From NCBI GenBank assembly GCA_965637545.1, contig OZ281497.1:17174001-17238000 (forward strand): DNA of 64,000 bases, read 5' to 3'. The position numbers and the translations under genes were made by a program. Position 1 is the first letter of the stretch. Each line of letters opens with the position of its first letter. Under the pieces are notes generated by a model. That model saw nothing but the letters and a program-made list of their open reading frames with translations, was not told where the DNA came from and did no database searches. This document shows, piece after piece, positions 38,144 through 53,344 of the stretch. The DNA comes from Phallusia mammillata (Eukaryota).

Positions 38144-38579
38144 GGCAGGCTGTCAACTGCTGAGTTCAATTTAAATCCAACGAGAACGAAGATTTAACAA
38201 TGCGTGGTAGGCCTATATGTGAACCGCTTAACTATGCAAATTCAGCTAGCAGTCTTAACCCTGAAAAAAGTAACATGTAAATTGTATTTAAAATTGAGAC
38301 TGAAATTTGTAACGCCCATATTCAAAATTAGTACAAAATCCCGCTCTTGCACACCCCTGATTGAATAGTAAACTGGCTATACTGTACAGCGGATCAAGAG
38401 TTTGTGTTATAAAAAACGACAGTAACAGAACACGTTTTATGCGTCATGTATCTAAACAGTTTCACTGTGCCTACTGGGCGCTGTGTCAAACCAAGCAATG
38501 CTCAGATAACCCTGGATTTCACGAAAATACACAACTAGCTGCCATAATATGGTAACTGTAAATTGCAACAGCTTTGCAA

Positions 38580-38720
38580 TAGGCTTTGTGTACATGACGT
38601 CAGAAACCTGTGAGAGAAGCGTGCGCGGAAATGGCGTCATCAGCAAACCGGAAGCAAGGCCGAGCGCTTAGGTGACGCGAGTGGCTGATTGACAAGTCGG
38701 GTTGTTTACTGACCAATCTA
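38580..38720 (-). promoter_or_regulatory. Candidate promoter of the long RhoGEF isoform
   Basis: TGACGTCA (38595-38602), AAATGGCG (YY1-like), CCGGAAG (ETS-like) and CCAAT clustered about 450-570 nt upstream of the ATG at 38143. Confidence 0.45.
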
Positions 38721-41700
38721 TTCGAACTGTGGCGAAAGTTACACAACAAAGTAGAGACCACAATGGTCAACATATGTGAACTGTGAGTGACCTTCTGCTA
38801 CACTTCTGTTAACACACTGGGCACTGGCCAAAGTAAGAATTACTTGGCTACAAAAACATATCACATACAAAAATAACATATTGAACTGTACTTTTTGTGA
38901 AAGAAAACGTCTTCTTGTTCCAAACTCTGACGGATCCAAATAAAATTTTCTTGGTTTACGAAATAACTGATCCCTGCAGGCTAACCAACAAAAACCTCTA
39001 AGCGATGTGATAAATGACACATTCGTGAGAAACGCCTATCGCAAAACCTCAGTATTCATACAACACCGGGATAAGCGTGGGCAATCTGAGTCAGAGGCAC
39101 AAGAACTCTCACTGCGTGAAACTTATGCTGATGACGAATGATAACATTTTGATGACCAGCTGATGGCTCAAAAAACAATACGATCGATTATGCATGCATT
39201 CTATTGGCTCAGTCAGCAGAGGCTAAAGTGAGCCAAGCTGTAACCAGCGAACTGCTTTAAACGACAAGTTGCTTTGGCGAGGAATTTTCTGTTAAGCCTA
39301 CTCAACATGCCCCAACTTCATTCATTTTTAACGAGGGTGTCGCTGCGTGCTAAATTTCGTCGAGCCTGACTCAAGTCTTTCAATTGCTCACTAAAGTGCC
39401 GTTTCTCAACAGTGCGACACAGTCTAAACTCAACAACTATTGTGTATGCTGAGGTAGACGCTTCCGTTCCTCGGTCTTAGTCTCGACTTTAATTGTTGAG
39501 ATAAGTCTTTGTGGCCTTTCCGCGTGTAAGCACAGCACAAGCTGTCGAACAGCAGGTAAACGCCTCGTTTACGGAAACTTTAACAATAGCAGACCCTAAA
39601 ATAATCACACACTGTTTCCTGCTTCAGCAAATTGTCTCTTTTTGCACTACCTAAAGCGTGTGACTGAAAACAGAAGCACACATCACATTTGATACACCAT
39701 TCAGTTCAACAAGTGTAGCGCTTTCAAAACTTGAACTCACTCCAGTCTAAACAAGGCGACATGCGCACCTTCGGCTCATCAATAAAAGAAAACGACTGCT
39801 TTAAAGGTGAGGACAGTAAACTTATCGAGGTGATCAGCTTCGTGTGATTCACTGAAAAGCAGAGCATGTTACTTCCCTTACGTACGATGGGCTTTAGACA
39901 CGCGGGTCACGTATATTTTTAGTGACCAACGCACAAGGCGTTTCACCTATTTCACTCATCTACGTAAAGGGTATTTCTAAGAAGAAACTGTGTAAAGTGC
40001 ACTAACAATGCCCAGCGAAGTTCTATGTAAAGCTGATTTTGCGACGAATAGTAATTTTGTTACAACTCGAATCACAACACGAAAAAGTAATAAACTGTGA
40101 AAAACTAAACTTCGTTGATTTTAAATTTCTGTTAACTGCTCCCTTATAACTAACGGAAACTTTGCTTTCCAGTGTGAATCGTTGAGGTCACGCTACAAAA
40201 ACAAGAGGTCCAAGCGCCCTGGAGTGAGTAGTTCCGCATTGGCTATCCTTCGAGTGCTGCTCTGCCATTGCCTTTGTGAAAAAGTCCAGGCGTGCGGGCC
40301 TTTGAATGTCAAGTTCGACACGCCAGACTGCCTATACAGAACACGTTTTGAACAGGACTCGCTGCTATCTGCCGTCTGATGTGCGACGATGCGTTGAGCA
40401 AATATTTTCACGCGACTTGCTTTCTAAATGTCGCGGCCAGTCTTGTGCGTTCAAGACTAACGGAAATTGGTCTCGGAATATACACACCCTCGCACGAAAA
40501 AAAGCGTCTGGAGCACATTAGACAACGTTGAAACATCAAAGCACCCGCTTCTGGACATCTTGTTGGACATTGTATTGACAATCTGTATCTGCCATCACAA
40601 CTGTACGATATATTAGTGTCTGACTGGGTATAAATACATTAAGAGCTGATAAAAACTAAAACCTTCAATTACTGAGTTTATGTCGCTGATAAGAACAGTT
40701 GTCTTGACACTCGCCTGTATAGAACAGTAATGTAAAATAATACCCCTTCTGTCACTCTAGATTTGCGACACAGGAACCTCGCGATGCGTAAGATCACGTG
40801 TGACGAAGCGTACGGACCTGAGCTGCTTGACCAACCAAAGCGCAAAGGCCACAACTGTCGTCATCGGTAAACAAAGCAGTAACTTACAAAGCCAGCTGAT
40901 CTCATTTAGGCTTGTCGATAAGCCCGTGAGAACACAGACAGTTGTGGATACGGAAAAAAAGAATTTTTACTGCGTCTGCGTGCGGTAATGCGCTAAAAAC
41001 TCACATGGACTCCGCCCCACTTTAACTTAGGCCCCCGGGAGGTGTTGCGTGGCGTTTCTAACGTCAGCAGTTGCTCTATAACTATTGCGCAATCGCCAAA
41101 GCAGCTTAAGAGTATAAAACGGCGAAAAATTATGCTCGGCTCAATGCCTTATTTAACCATGAATAATTTAGTGCAACGTGCGTGCCGGTACACGGTGGAA
41201 GGCGGGGACAAATTTTATTACCATAAACCACCCTTAAAAACCAAGGTAAACAAGACCTTCACGATCCGAAAACGTTCAATATCGCCTGGGTCAAGTACAG
41301 CCAATATTCGGAGGCTTTTGATTTTGAATGTTCAAACAGACAGTGAAATGACGTTGCGCAATTTTTCGAAGTTAATCTTTGCCACGAAAATTGGCAAGTA
41401 GGGGTCAAGTTTTAGTGTTGTTGCCAACTTTTTTCGTTCCTTTGTTGATACTTCCTTGTAATTTACAGCAATTTTGCAGTTAAACAAAATCCACAAAGCT
41501 TCACTTCACAGCATATAGACGGCATACCAAAATAAAAAAAACATGTATCGCCAAATTAAACCCGTTTACAATCAACTGTGAGTAAAGCCAGATGGACAGT
41601 AACGCAAATACGGTTGTGCAACTGCGTCTGGTCTTGCAACACCGCACACAAAAACGATTTAAATTGCAACACACCTTATGACTAGCTGTGATAAAATCAC

Positions 41701-44700
41701 GGTGCCTGTGCGGTTTTCGCTGGTTTGACTCAATTTGTACAAGCTCATCAATGCGCCACAGCCATAAATACAATCGACAAAAACAACACCTGCCGCAAAA
41801 CTACAGCTATCGCCGTCTGCTACTTTAATGCAATGAATGATAAAACGCTTCACAGATGCAACGTAACTTATTCGGGTTAACTGGGCATGACTTTCATACA
41901 AATCTTCAATAATTGCGTTTTAAAAGCTCACACTGGATTTGAACAAAAACAGGACACAGTCTACTGATTTTGGGTGCTTTTTGTGCTCAACTAATTTGTC
42001 TTACAGTTTGTCTTGCACTAAGGCTCGGAACCTGACAAGTGCTTCTCGTTCAGCAGTGACTCGTGGTGTATGTTTTGTTGCGTCATCATCAACAAGCCGT
42101 GACTCAGTCAGAGTGATGCCAGGAGGAATCCGAGTCCAAAATATCGTTTAACAAGTTTCCGGGTTTAGCAACATCAGGTCAAAAGTAAAGCTATTCTGGT
42201 CAATGCACAAACCACCACAACAAATCAAGTTACCAAATGCATTTCCTACACGATTAACTCCATATTCTTGTAATACCTCAACATGGCCAAGCGTTCATAG
42301 GATTTGAATAAAAGGTAAACTGCCAGTTGATGAGCAAAATACACTGAAATAAGATGAGAAACGGCCGGTCTAAACGCGAGGCTATTGTGTGCAGTCGCAT
42401 GCCATATAACAGGCAGTTTGTCAAACCCATTTACCGAGAAGTAAATTTCAGCATGACAGAATGTAATGCGGTAATTTACTGTGGTCCTAAACTCCCCGCT
42501 CTGTACGGCAAAGTGTGTTTACGACGAACAATGAGGTTTCATGTGCAGGTCAGTACAATGCACGCAGACTGCATTACAAACGTTCCGGAAAGACAAACAA
42601 ATCACGTAATCGTTTCTCGTGCAGTCGAGATTCCAGTGTTGCCCTATTATACGAAGCACCTGTGCTTATTTCCGAACCAAATCAATGATCAATAAACCGC
42701 TATGTCGCCAATACAATCCTATTGCTTGAGTTGGGATTTCCCTATATCGAATTCATAGGTCGAATTTTAATGAACCGTACAATATCAAGCAAGGCTTGTA
42801 CGACTTTGGTGGACAGGAAAGGTTGAGAGCACTTATCTATTACAAACACTAGCTAACAAGTTTTAAATTCGAAAACTACCCGATGCACAACATAAACACC
42901 CTAAAGCGATTAAACAGCAATTACCACTGATTGCTGTCAAATTTGCAGACCACTGTTGGCAACAATAAACGATACTGGGCAACTATTTTGGCTTATTGTA
43001 TGTAGTTTCTTCCAATACAACACTGCCATTAGTCACGCCAAACACATAAAGTTTAACGTTTGCATTCTACGCTGCAACAGCTCAAGGGGTATAAGTTACA
43101 ACACAAAGGATAACATCTGTCAAACTGAAGTGAATGTTTACGTATCAAGCCTGTCACAGTAGAAAAGCTCGGCTAGCTTGATCACAAGACATCTGTCGAA
43201 ATGCTGGCGCGACATCTGACTGACTGACACTTGATGCACTATTTGTCCTTGACACCTGCCGCATCCGCCAATGCTTTCTAAATCTAAATGCTAGACAGCA
43301 TATTTTTTTAAAAACGTACACATTTGTGCTCTTCAATCTAGCGCTCGAGCTAAATCCATTCAGACTGTAAAATGACCTGATTCGTGTTAATTAGCAAGAG
43401 ACAATCAGTAGGCCAAGCAATCGCTCCATTCTTTGTAAAAACGTGACTTAAATCTCTAAAATTATACCCGTTTCACGCACATGAATGGCAGATCGCCCGG
43501 ACATCTGACGTAACGTTGGTAATATCAATCAAACACTCTGAAGGCTGCCGCCGAATTTTGACCTATCATACCTGGACGACATTTTTGTTTTTACTCTGAC
43601 TCTGCAAACAGCAGTTGCACAAACCACTTGCTTGATACCAAACGACTGCAACAAAGTCACATTACAAGATACAACAAACAGGGCGTCTTTCGGGGTTCGA
43701 GGCCCGGGGATACCTAATCGCGTCATTCCTATCTACTGCAACAATGAAGGGCGTCGCAATTTCAACAGTGCCCCGGGCCGTAAAAAGCGCGTAAAAAGAC
43801 GCCATGCCGCTTGACGGGACTTCATGCTACACGTAAAGAGTTTCTAGCAACATTTTGCAACTGTCCTATCCGTGGTCTGGTAACATATTGTCATCTGGAG
43901 TTCACATTGAACGCATTGACAAACCGGATACAACAAGCAAGCTGTTTATCATAACACCAATAATAAACACCGATGTAGCGCACACGTCGCATACCAACTG
44001 ACTATTGCGACCCGATGTTTTATAAATACACTTACAACACTTGTCAACATGGGTCTGCACTTTGAACTAGAAACTTAACAGTGAAAGCACAGGTACACTG
44101 GGTAATTGATCTGCACGAACTGTCCTATTCTCACAGACACAAAACACGTTGTTTGTGTTACAAAAGCCTTCTGAGCCCAATTTACATTCAAAGCGACAGG
44201 TTAATTACCAAACACGTGTATCTCGTCGGATTCGAGCGCGTATTTAAATTCAATTATCATCAGTTACGTTTGTAAAGTTTATTCAGCTTAGATCGTGACC
44301 AGCAACTTGCATTTAAGAAACCTTTGTCAATTGCGCCTGAGCGATGTTTAGGCTGCCTTGCCTCACCATACACAAAACTCTAGCTGACTAAAGAAGCTAA
44401 TATGGGAAATAAAAGTTGGTTGTTCCACTTTCCACAATACAACGCGGTGCCCATGTAACATTTACTAGTTATTGTGGAGCAAACCTTCAGCGATTGACCT
44501 AGAAATTTCATTGTCTCGCGAGGAAAGTGAAACGAGTTGATCCGCTAATTGGCGATTTCTTATCGGGCGGCGACGGACAACGACAAATTTATCTCCTCGG
44601 TAATCCTCTTGATTATAATGCCCTTTCCAGCCCTGGGATCTTACCCGAATCTTTCACCATCAGGATCGATGGCCTTTGTACGTTTTGCTACACACAATGA

Positions 44701-47700
44701 TAGAGGTACAGCCCCTGTCGAGAAATCACGACGAAATGCGATACTTTTTTGCTTTCATGGTGTCACCATCGTTGATAGCGAAACAGATATGTGTTGAACA
44801 GGGAATTGCTGCTTATGGTGTCGGAAGCAAAAAGTGCCGTCATTGAAAAATAGATTTGGTTACACAGAAAAGGAAGTACAAACACATCTCACTACACATG
44901 ATTGTTCAAACGTCTACAATGCATTCAAAATCCGACATAAGTATAGATTTAAACTCCGACTTTGTATTTCAAACTAGGATTTGACCTGCAATCCGGACAG
45001 TTTCTTAACTTTCAATATACTTCAACAAGTGTGGATATTTGAAACAGAATTGCAGCAAATCGAACATGATATAATTGAAAAGCTGCTTATTGGAGAAATA
45101 TCTTGTTTGTCACAAAAAAAGCAATTACACACCTATATAAAAGTAAAATTTTGACACCGTGATGTCAACAACGCCCAAAATTAGTGCAAATTAAGCGCAA
45201 TCTGTTGTATTGGGTAAATTCGACAACTTTCTACATCGTATTTGGATCAGCCACAAGTAGCCTCAAAACGTTTGTCTTAGGTGGATGATCGCAACAAGGA
45301 GACGAGAGATTTTGTATCAAGTGCCATTAACCGTCCAACTCATGACCGTCATCAAATCATCAGGTCTTTACTCTTCTCAAGTGATATCGTGTCATTTTGC
45401 CGATTAATGCCGCCCGTGTCAAGCAACGAGCGGTATAAGCAGCCAATTTGGTGTGGCTTGTAAGAAGTGTTTTTTTCAATTACCTTCGGGTATGTTAACT
45501 AGACTGAAATTGGGTGCGGGACACATAAGCTTACTACGCCCTGTACTAAATACGTATGCTGCCTTAAAAGTACCGAACACGCAGTTTACTAAAAGCCCAG
45601 TTGATTACTAATTGCTGTTCATAAAACTCATTTTCAAACGTAGACTACTTTAAGTCTAAACTCTACCAAGGTATGTGTAAAACTATTTTTTTTTCATAAA
45701 TAAACACCTTTGAAATAAAAGACTGAACAAATGTACCAGTGTTTATCGAAAACGTATGGTATTAATCTTTTATTTTATACGCCCTTTTTCTTGTAGTACA
45801 ACAGGAATTGATTTTCATTCACCGTTACTGCTTCAATATTCTGCCAATTTGTATTTCCTGTGTTACCTTGGGTCAAACGTTTTTCACAGAAAACCTGGAC
45901 ACAAATGTACTTCCTAATTCGATAACACGTGCAACGCAATTCTTATTGACATTAAAACACAAGTGCCACGGGCGTATGCATTGTGAACGTCAAACGCTAG
46001 ACAACCAAGTTTCCCCACAGTATCTAATCTCTTTGCCCAACAAGGCACTTGTTTAGTTTGTTCTGTCCTGCTCGTTCTAATCTGTTCTGGCAACTGGTTT
46101 TTCCCTTAGCGGTGTACCTACAACTCGACTAACGGTGATAGAATGCAGACAGCGTCGCACCAGACATTTAGGGTCGTTGTTTATCGATTTAATGTCGAAG
46201 ATGGGTGTTCAAGTGTCCTCTTAACCTCGGTAGAAATGAGATAACATAGTTTTTATTGAACCAAAGCGAAACGTTTATACTTATCATATTTGCTGTTTAT
46301 TTCAATCTACTAAAACTATTGGTTAAACAATGATTTGAAAAAAAAGGTTCAATCAAACCAATGCTCCATTCAACCATAAATATAAAATCTTTCCTGTGCG
46401 TAATAGATGCAGTCTTGCGTTTCTCTATTCACTGTTACCCTAATTTAGAAAACTTTTCTTCTCAGCAAACCTAAATATACCTACATATTTGGTGGAACTG
46501 AATCCCTGCTTCACTCTTTTAAAAAAAATATTTTTCCTGACGTCTTCAGGGGATTTGTCTTTTGTGTGAGACATACCGACCACCCTTAGCAAACACCCCA
46601 TATCATCTGACGCATGAAAACAAATATCACCACGTAAAATACGGGATTGACGAGGCGTGACTGTTGTATCTATGGGCGTAAGTGGCTTGCGTCAAAATAT
46701 AATCACCAGTTTGTGGCAGTAACTAGGAAACTTTTGCGAACAAGAAACCAGCATCTGATACAGCAAAGAACATAACTATACTTAATACAATTTGATTGGC
46801 ACATGCGTTCCGCTATAAAAATTCGATGGAGTTTTAAAAGATGCACAATTAGCCACTTACCAGACCGGAAACTACATTTAATTCTGCATATGCACGCTTC
46901 AACTGCAGCAAAAGTCCCAAGCATATTGCTACGCACACTGGCAATTTTGTTACACGACACACATTCCGCTAGCTTTCCAAGAACACGACATCGTTCGGTC
47001 CGAGCAAACCGCACATTGCTGGCCAACCGCACGAGCCGTGTGTACGCGTAACAACAACGCGACAGAAGAAGTGAGCAACACCCACACTACAATCAACAGG
47101 TCGGTAATTATGCAGTTTGTGATGGACAGCATTGAGTGGCCCGTCGGAAATGCTACATGCCATCTACCTGACGTCATTTCGAAACGGCTTATTATCCATA
47201 GTTGACAGTGAAAAACACTGGAATTTGCCTTGTTCCAGCATTGAGCGACACCACTTCGACAGGTGCGTAAACTTTGGAAACAAGGACACTAATTTTAGGC
47301 TCAAGGATATCACCCTATTTGGTCGTAAAGAGTCTGGTAGTACAGGTCATGGTCAAAGGCAAACGACACTCTGTCGTGTTTTAGGTGTAGCTTGCAACTG
47401 ATCCAACAACAACGAGCGGTAAATTGTAAATTGTAGACTGTAAAACTTCTAACTATCACAAGAACATGATCAAAATGATAGAATAGCCTGAAAATCAAAT
47501 AAATGGTAACCAACAGTACATGCTACGGTGTAAACTAATAAGCTAACCCTAAAAGCTAATGCTGCTATATTGAACATGCCAACCTAACCATATACTTCGG
47601 TCTCTTGATTTTACTACGAACAAAACAAGAAAACGCAACTGAACCATTCACATAAAAATTGAAAAAACAAGCGAGGCGAGAAATACGAGCAATACATGAG

Positions 47701-48384
47701 CATATCGGTTCGAAGTAGCTCGGAGCTGACACGCACCAATTAGCACCGAGCCATGAACAGGATATCCTGTATTTACCCGCTTCGCTTGGAACAAGATTAG
47801 CTTAGCATTTTGGTTTTGGGGTTACAAGCAAGATGAACGCGCATCCACACGATTCCGTATCGAAACATGTCGGAATATGACGGGTGGCTACTTGACCGTT
47901 CAAAAACAGGCTTTAACGATTCAAAGCTTGCCAATTATCTCATTGAAATAAGTGATTGCGCAATAGCGACATCTGGAGATAGTGATAACTTCAAGTCCAA
48001 GGCTAACATTTCGAACAAAAGAGAGTTGAATAAAAAAATAGATCGCAAAACAACTCCTCTTATCCTTACATATTTGCTTGTCAGTGTTGAGCAATTGAAA
48101 TTTAGCAAAACCACGCGAGTGTAGTTCACTTTAGCCTGGGGTGAAATGACGGTTTTGAAACCTTGTTGATACTGCCAGATTGTACAAAATACAGTTAAAC
48201 TGCCATTTGTAACCGGATCTGAAACAGTTTAATTCCTAGAAAATCGTGTTAAACCGAACATCTGGCCTGTGGTACTGCATTTCAGTGGCATTGAGCAGAC
48301 GCCGGGATACGTCGTGCTGGGTTGTCAGTCATGGTAACGTTGCATGTTAAAGCTAGTTCTTCGAAAACTTGATTTTCTACTCAC

Positions 48385-48519
48385 GCTTCTGAACATTATC
48401 GTTTCGATATGGGTAATCGTTGGGCGCGTGAACGTATTTACATAGAAGGGGGAAATACGCCGATCCTGTGCTTCAGACCGAAGCGAGTTTATTGTATTCA
48501 AATCAACCCACCTACGCAT
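48385..48519 (-). CDS. Candidate alternative first coding exon of the RhoGEF (45 aa)
   Basis: ATG...AGC|GTGAGT strong phase-0 donor, compatible with the phase-0 acceptors at 38149 and 32433. CRE at 48947 upstream. No homology recognised. Confidence 0.3.
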
Positions 48520-51500
48520 AAGAATGCAGCTATAAACAAACAGGAGTGCAATATTTTTTCTGCACCCCTGCACAACCTATGATAAACATATGGGCAGCAT
48601 AACCTCACATCGAACCTTTTAACCGGATAGGCAAACCTTGCCAACACAGTAAAGCAGTGTGGTGCTCAGTCGAGCGGTGGTGGGTTAAGCACTACTTCTA
48701 ACCAATTGACACCTATAAGGAGTTTTAAAGACCGAGGTCAGGTGCAGTTCGTATGAAAGGGCTTTGTTGCATCGCTGTGTTGAATATAAGAGCTGTTACA
48801 TTTGTAAGTACGCTGTAACGACCACATGTCTGAAACGCAAAACCAACGACAATCAAATGCCAAAGTGTTATGCTAATAGAACAATACATTTGTTTCTATC
48901 GGTCTACACACATAACTTTTCCATAGGGCGTTTGACTTTTGGTCGGTGACGTCAACGTTACTGATTGAACAGTGCTAGATCAGTTTACTTGAAACGTGAC
49001 AAAGGAGGTACCACGGTGATTACGTAATGAGGTACCAATATATCATTGTTACACATTGCGTAACAACGTCTCAAAACACAAAGCGTTGGGTTCGGAATCG
49101 TATGTGTTTCATGTTACTTAATACAAATATGCAAAATTTATTACATACAAAATACTGAATAAATTGCTCAGACGAAATCCATGAGGTTACATCAATGAAT
49201 ATCACAATTTTTTTTGTTGTAAACTAATAAATAACCTGGCAAACAAGTATTTATCTTAAAAAGTGCAGTGAGTTTTTTAAGTACATTATCTGCTCGTAAA
49301 TGTAAACTTTCTACATCTGTTTTGTTCCGTTAAGAAGTGAGAACTAGAAATAACAGGCTTGTCCCTGGTTTAAATTGTATAACTTATAACCACTCTCTTT
49401 ACACCAAAGAGTGGAACAATAAACGCAAAAACGTAAGAGAAAATAAAACAAAGAACTATAAAAAATGTACAAAAACAAGATAGGTCCAAATCGAGTAAGC
49501 GAACCCAAAACGAGTAGAATCCCATGGGAGTTCGGAACTAGCCTAAAGTTATTCAGTCAACCCTACTTAAAAAAATATAGCACAGCCACACTGCATAGTT
49601 GTAATCAACCATTAAACTGAGACCTACAGTAATTATGGCAATATTATGAACATAGCTTGCACTAAGCCGATATACGTTGAGCTTATGTAGTGTTTTGAAA
49701 TTGGATGACGCGATGCGTTTGTACAACGACATTTCATGCGAGAGATACTAAACGAACTGTTTTGTTAAGTTCAGTCGAGGATTAGGATTACTTGGAACAA
49801 CAAACGTAAGTCTATGATTCGTGACCACAAATACATTGCTATGATCTAATCATAACTTTAACACAATATATTGAAGCTCAGTTCGTCCACAGCAGTTTCA
49901 CAGAATTTCTATGAGCATATACACATTTCTCATACACTGTTGTTTTAATAAAACGACAACATATCCTTACTGTTTTGTTTTTAGTTGATTGTTATCAGAA
50001 CATCAAATTTGTTAACACACATATTTGCAAAATAAAATCATATAAATATCCAAATAATATCTTGCCCAAAAAATCTCTCTGTCCCATTTAGTTGAAGCAA
50101 AACACACGAAAAAGCTATTACATCACAACGAATCGACGTTTCAACAGCCAAGTCAACATGCTCTGTTTACTGGGTAACGCTATTCGGGTCCAGATCAACA
50201 ATTACGAATTGATTTTTCCTTAGGGGTACGAATGGACAAACACATTTGGAGTGCCTGAATTAACAAGTTATCTCAATTCCCTCGGACTCAGAACGAAATG
50301 CCTCACAATTCAAATGGTAAAAATAGGCTTTATGTTGCAGGACAATACACTTTGAAATTGACAACCCTTGCTAATTAGAAATAACGAACTGGACCAACAA
50401 ATAGGCACATTTAGAGTTAAATAGCAAATTTACGTTTACATTCGGTAATATTACAGGTCTGGCATTTTGAAAGCAGATGGACACCACCAGCAAATAGGTT
50501 GATAGATTTCAGGTAAATGTTATCCAAACATACATAAATACCTAGAAAGCAGCAAATCCTTGCCTGGAGTTAAGAAAACAAAGCTAGTAAAACATCAGGT
50601 TACTTCAGGTATGACGTACGCGGATACCAACAATAGTTAAAATTGTAAAACTAATGTTAGTTTCAAAATGCGATTTTCGTACACAGCAAAAGAACAAAAA
50701 CTACTTCTGGTTTCTTGTACAATTACCAGACCTGGGGTATTTAACCTAGCCAACAGCCACCACTGTTTACCGCTAGGCCATCAATCTCGGGCCGACCAGA
50801 AAAGCAGGGAACACGAATATTGATGGCTATCATAACAATACGCTGTTGACGTGACGTAGGACGTTAGGTTACGTGCCATCAAAATAGAGATGTTCCATAG
50901 AAGATATCAGACGAGCCTGAATCACTCCATGTCGGCTTGCTTTTCGGCGGCGGTCAGTGTTGACATGGTGTGATGACTACAGGGATTGTGCATTACCGTG
51001 GACCAAGCTTGGAAACCGAAGTCACCGGTATGTTTGCGCAGCAACAAACCGAAATAGACAATCCAAAGCGCATTTCGCGGTACCCAGATCCCAACGTCGT
51101 TACCCGCCAACGAAGAAAAAATTCTGGTTTTTGTCTGAAATCAATCACAACCAGGAAGTGGTAACGCCACGACCAAGATACCTGCTGCAATCATGCTATT
51201 CTGCTCAAACCCCCTAAGATATTATGAAACACATTTTATTTAAACTCTTACCAACCTCCTTTTTACCAATAGTCCGAACTGCCAGAACCATTGTTATGAA
51301 GCAAGCAATGTCTACTCTAAAGAATATGTTATCTAATTTGTTGACTATCGCTGTCTTTGGCTAGTATTACAAACCTTTGTTTTACCTGTCTAACCCCCAA
51401 GATAGTTTACACTAATAATAATAAGGAACAATTGATCACCACAACCACAACTAAAGCATAAGCAATAGTCGGAAAAAGCTTTGATTAAAGTTTATTACCA

Positions 51501-53344
51501 TGCTGGTAGCAAGCATATCCTTATACAACGTGTCAGAAATATGCTTGCCAGCACATCAGTTGGCGATTGTTTTAAAACTAAAAACTTGCACAAATGCATG
51601 CAAACAGAATGCAGAACGCTTAAAACAGATGAGGGGAAATTCATCGGTTGGATAAAACGTTGAATTAAGTTGCCACTGTCAGCAACAGCCTTTGTGTGAA
51701 AACAAGTCAGTGATAATTCTCACGGAAATGACTTGTTGGGATGGAAGTTTGGCTACACACGCCATTGGCACAACGTTTGACCTCACACAAACCCGTGACG
51801 AAACACAAACGTGTGGTCAAGCGCATCAGGTGTTTCGTTAAGAATAAATACACTGTTAAAGTAAACAAATAACAGGGCTATATCCCAACAAGAGTCTTAA
51901 ACTCTAAATAATACGTAGTGCTGATGTATGCAACTGGTATATCAAGATGAAAGCTCATTTTCTGACTTGAAAAGCCTGGCACTGAGTAAAATTGTGTAAT
52001 AATCCCCCATTTGTGAAACATAATGGAGCTAAACAGCACTAAACTTTACTGCATTAAAACTGTTGCTGCACAACCTTGTCCTCAAAAGGGGCAGTGACCT
52101 GAACACATACACGCAGCCTGCAGCACCGCGCCTTCGCCGACAACACAGGCGTTGTGCTGCTTGCGATAATTTAGTGCGGGTGGCATCCTTCCTGCCCTTC
52201 ACAACAGAAAAGCTTGGCCGGTGGCTGCTTGTCGGTTCAGGCTCCCCTTTTGTTGCGCTGAATTCAATGCATTACCGCAGGGCTTGCTTTGATTAAGGAA
52301 TGCGATTGAATGTTTGCAAAAGTCAAAGCAACGTGAAATTCACAACTCAGCTCGCAACTAATTAGGACGTTAAGACCTTTTATAGAAAACAACGCACTAT
52401 GTTTGCCTTACACAGTTTAGCAACAACGGCTAAAAGCGTAGCAATAAACACAACAGAAACAAACTTAAGGACTCCACGCGTTGTTAAAGCTGACTGAGCC
52501 TTAAAAACAACATGGTGATTGTTTATGCAGGGTCTAATTTATTACGCATCTTAATTTTCAGTACACAACAATCCTTTTGGTTGAACTTTCCATCTTCTGC
52601 TGCATAAGACAATGCACATCAAAAACTTCCAACCTTTCAAAACGTAAAATTAGGACAAAAGCAAATCATGACACCAAATGGGTGACCAAGCCGACAAAAA
52701 GTGTTGAAACACCTGCCTTATTAGCCAGTAATGACAGATTAGATCCACTACGACCTGCAATAAATTATGTCTGCTTAATGAACTCGCGTGACACGTCCAT
52801 AGCAACTACCTTTTGGTTACCTAATTTTGGTCTCAATGCAGAAACCAGTGCTCAATTTTTGCACAAACTTCTTGCACTGATCCAAAAATGTCAATACAAA
52901 TGAACTGAAGAATCAACTTATATTGAACCTGTTGTTCAACCGATTTCTATAAATAGAGGAAAACAACTCTTCAACCGAAACTCTATGACTTTTAAAAGAT
53001 CTTTAGCATGAATACAATCGAATGTAACATAAACTTTAAATAGCTACGAAACCCGAAACCGTTTTAAGTCGAAAATTTCAACACACTAATAGAAAAAAAC
53101 ATGTAAACTAAAACTGCACAATTTATGTCCTTGCATGCATAATTTCTTGTGACAAAAGCATCTAACTTTCATAAAACGATCACTGTCTGTTCCAGTGTTC
53201 AGTGTGTAAAGTTGAATCAAAACTCAATGGCTCAGGGGAATTGTAACTCAACAACAGTGTGTTTTGCAACCCCTTCTGGCACAACTTGATGGTGAACTGT
53301 TGAGAAAAAAAGTTTCATCCGACGCCGGTAAAAGAGAGCCTTTC

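Noticed and set aside
36052-38197. Several plus-strand and alternate-frame ORFs over the large RhoGEF exon
   Set aside because: Explained by the GC-richer coding sequence on the opposite strand.
44641-44770. Minus-strand frame MVTP*KQKSIAF...ERFG with a strong donor, considered as readthrough or a NET1A-like exon
   Set aside because: In-frame TGA without a readthrough context or SECIS, and the phase is incompatible with downstream exons. At most a non-coding exon.
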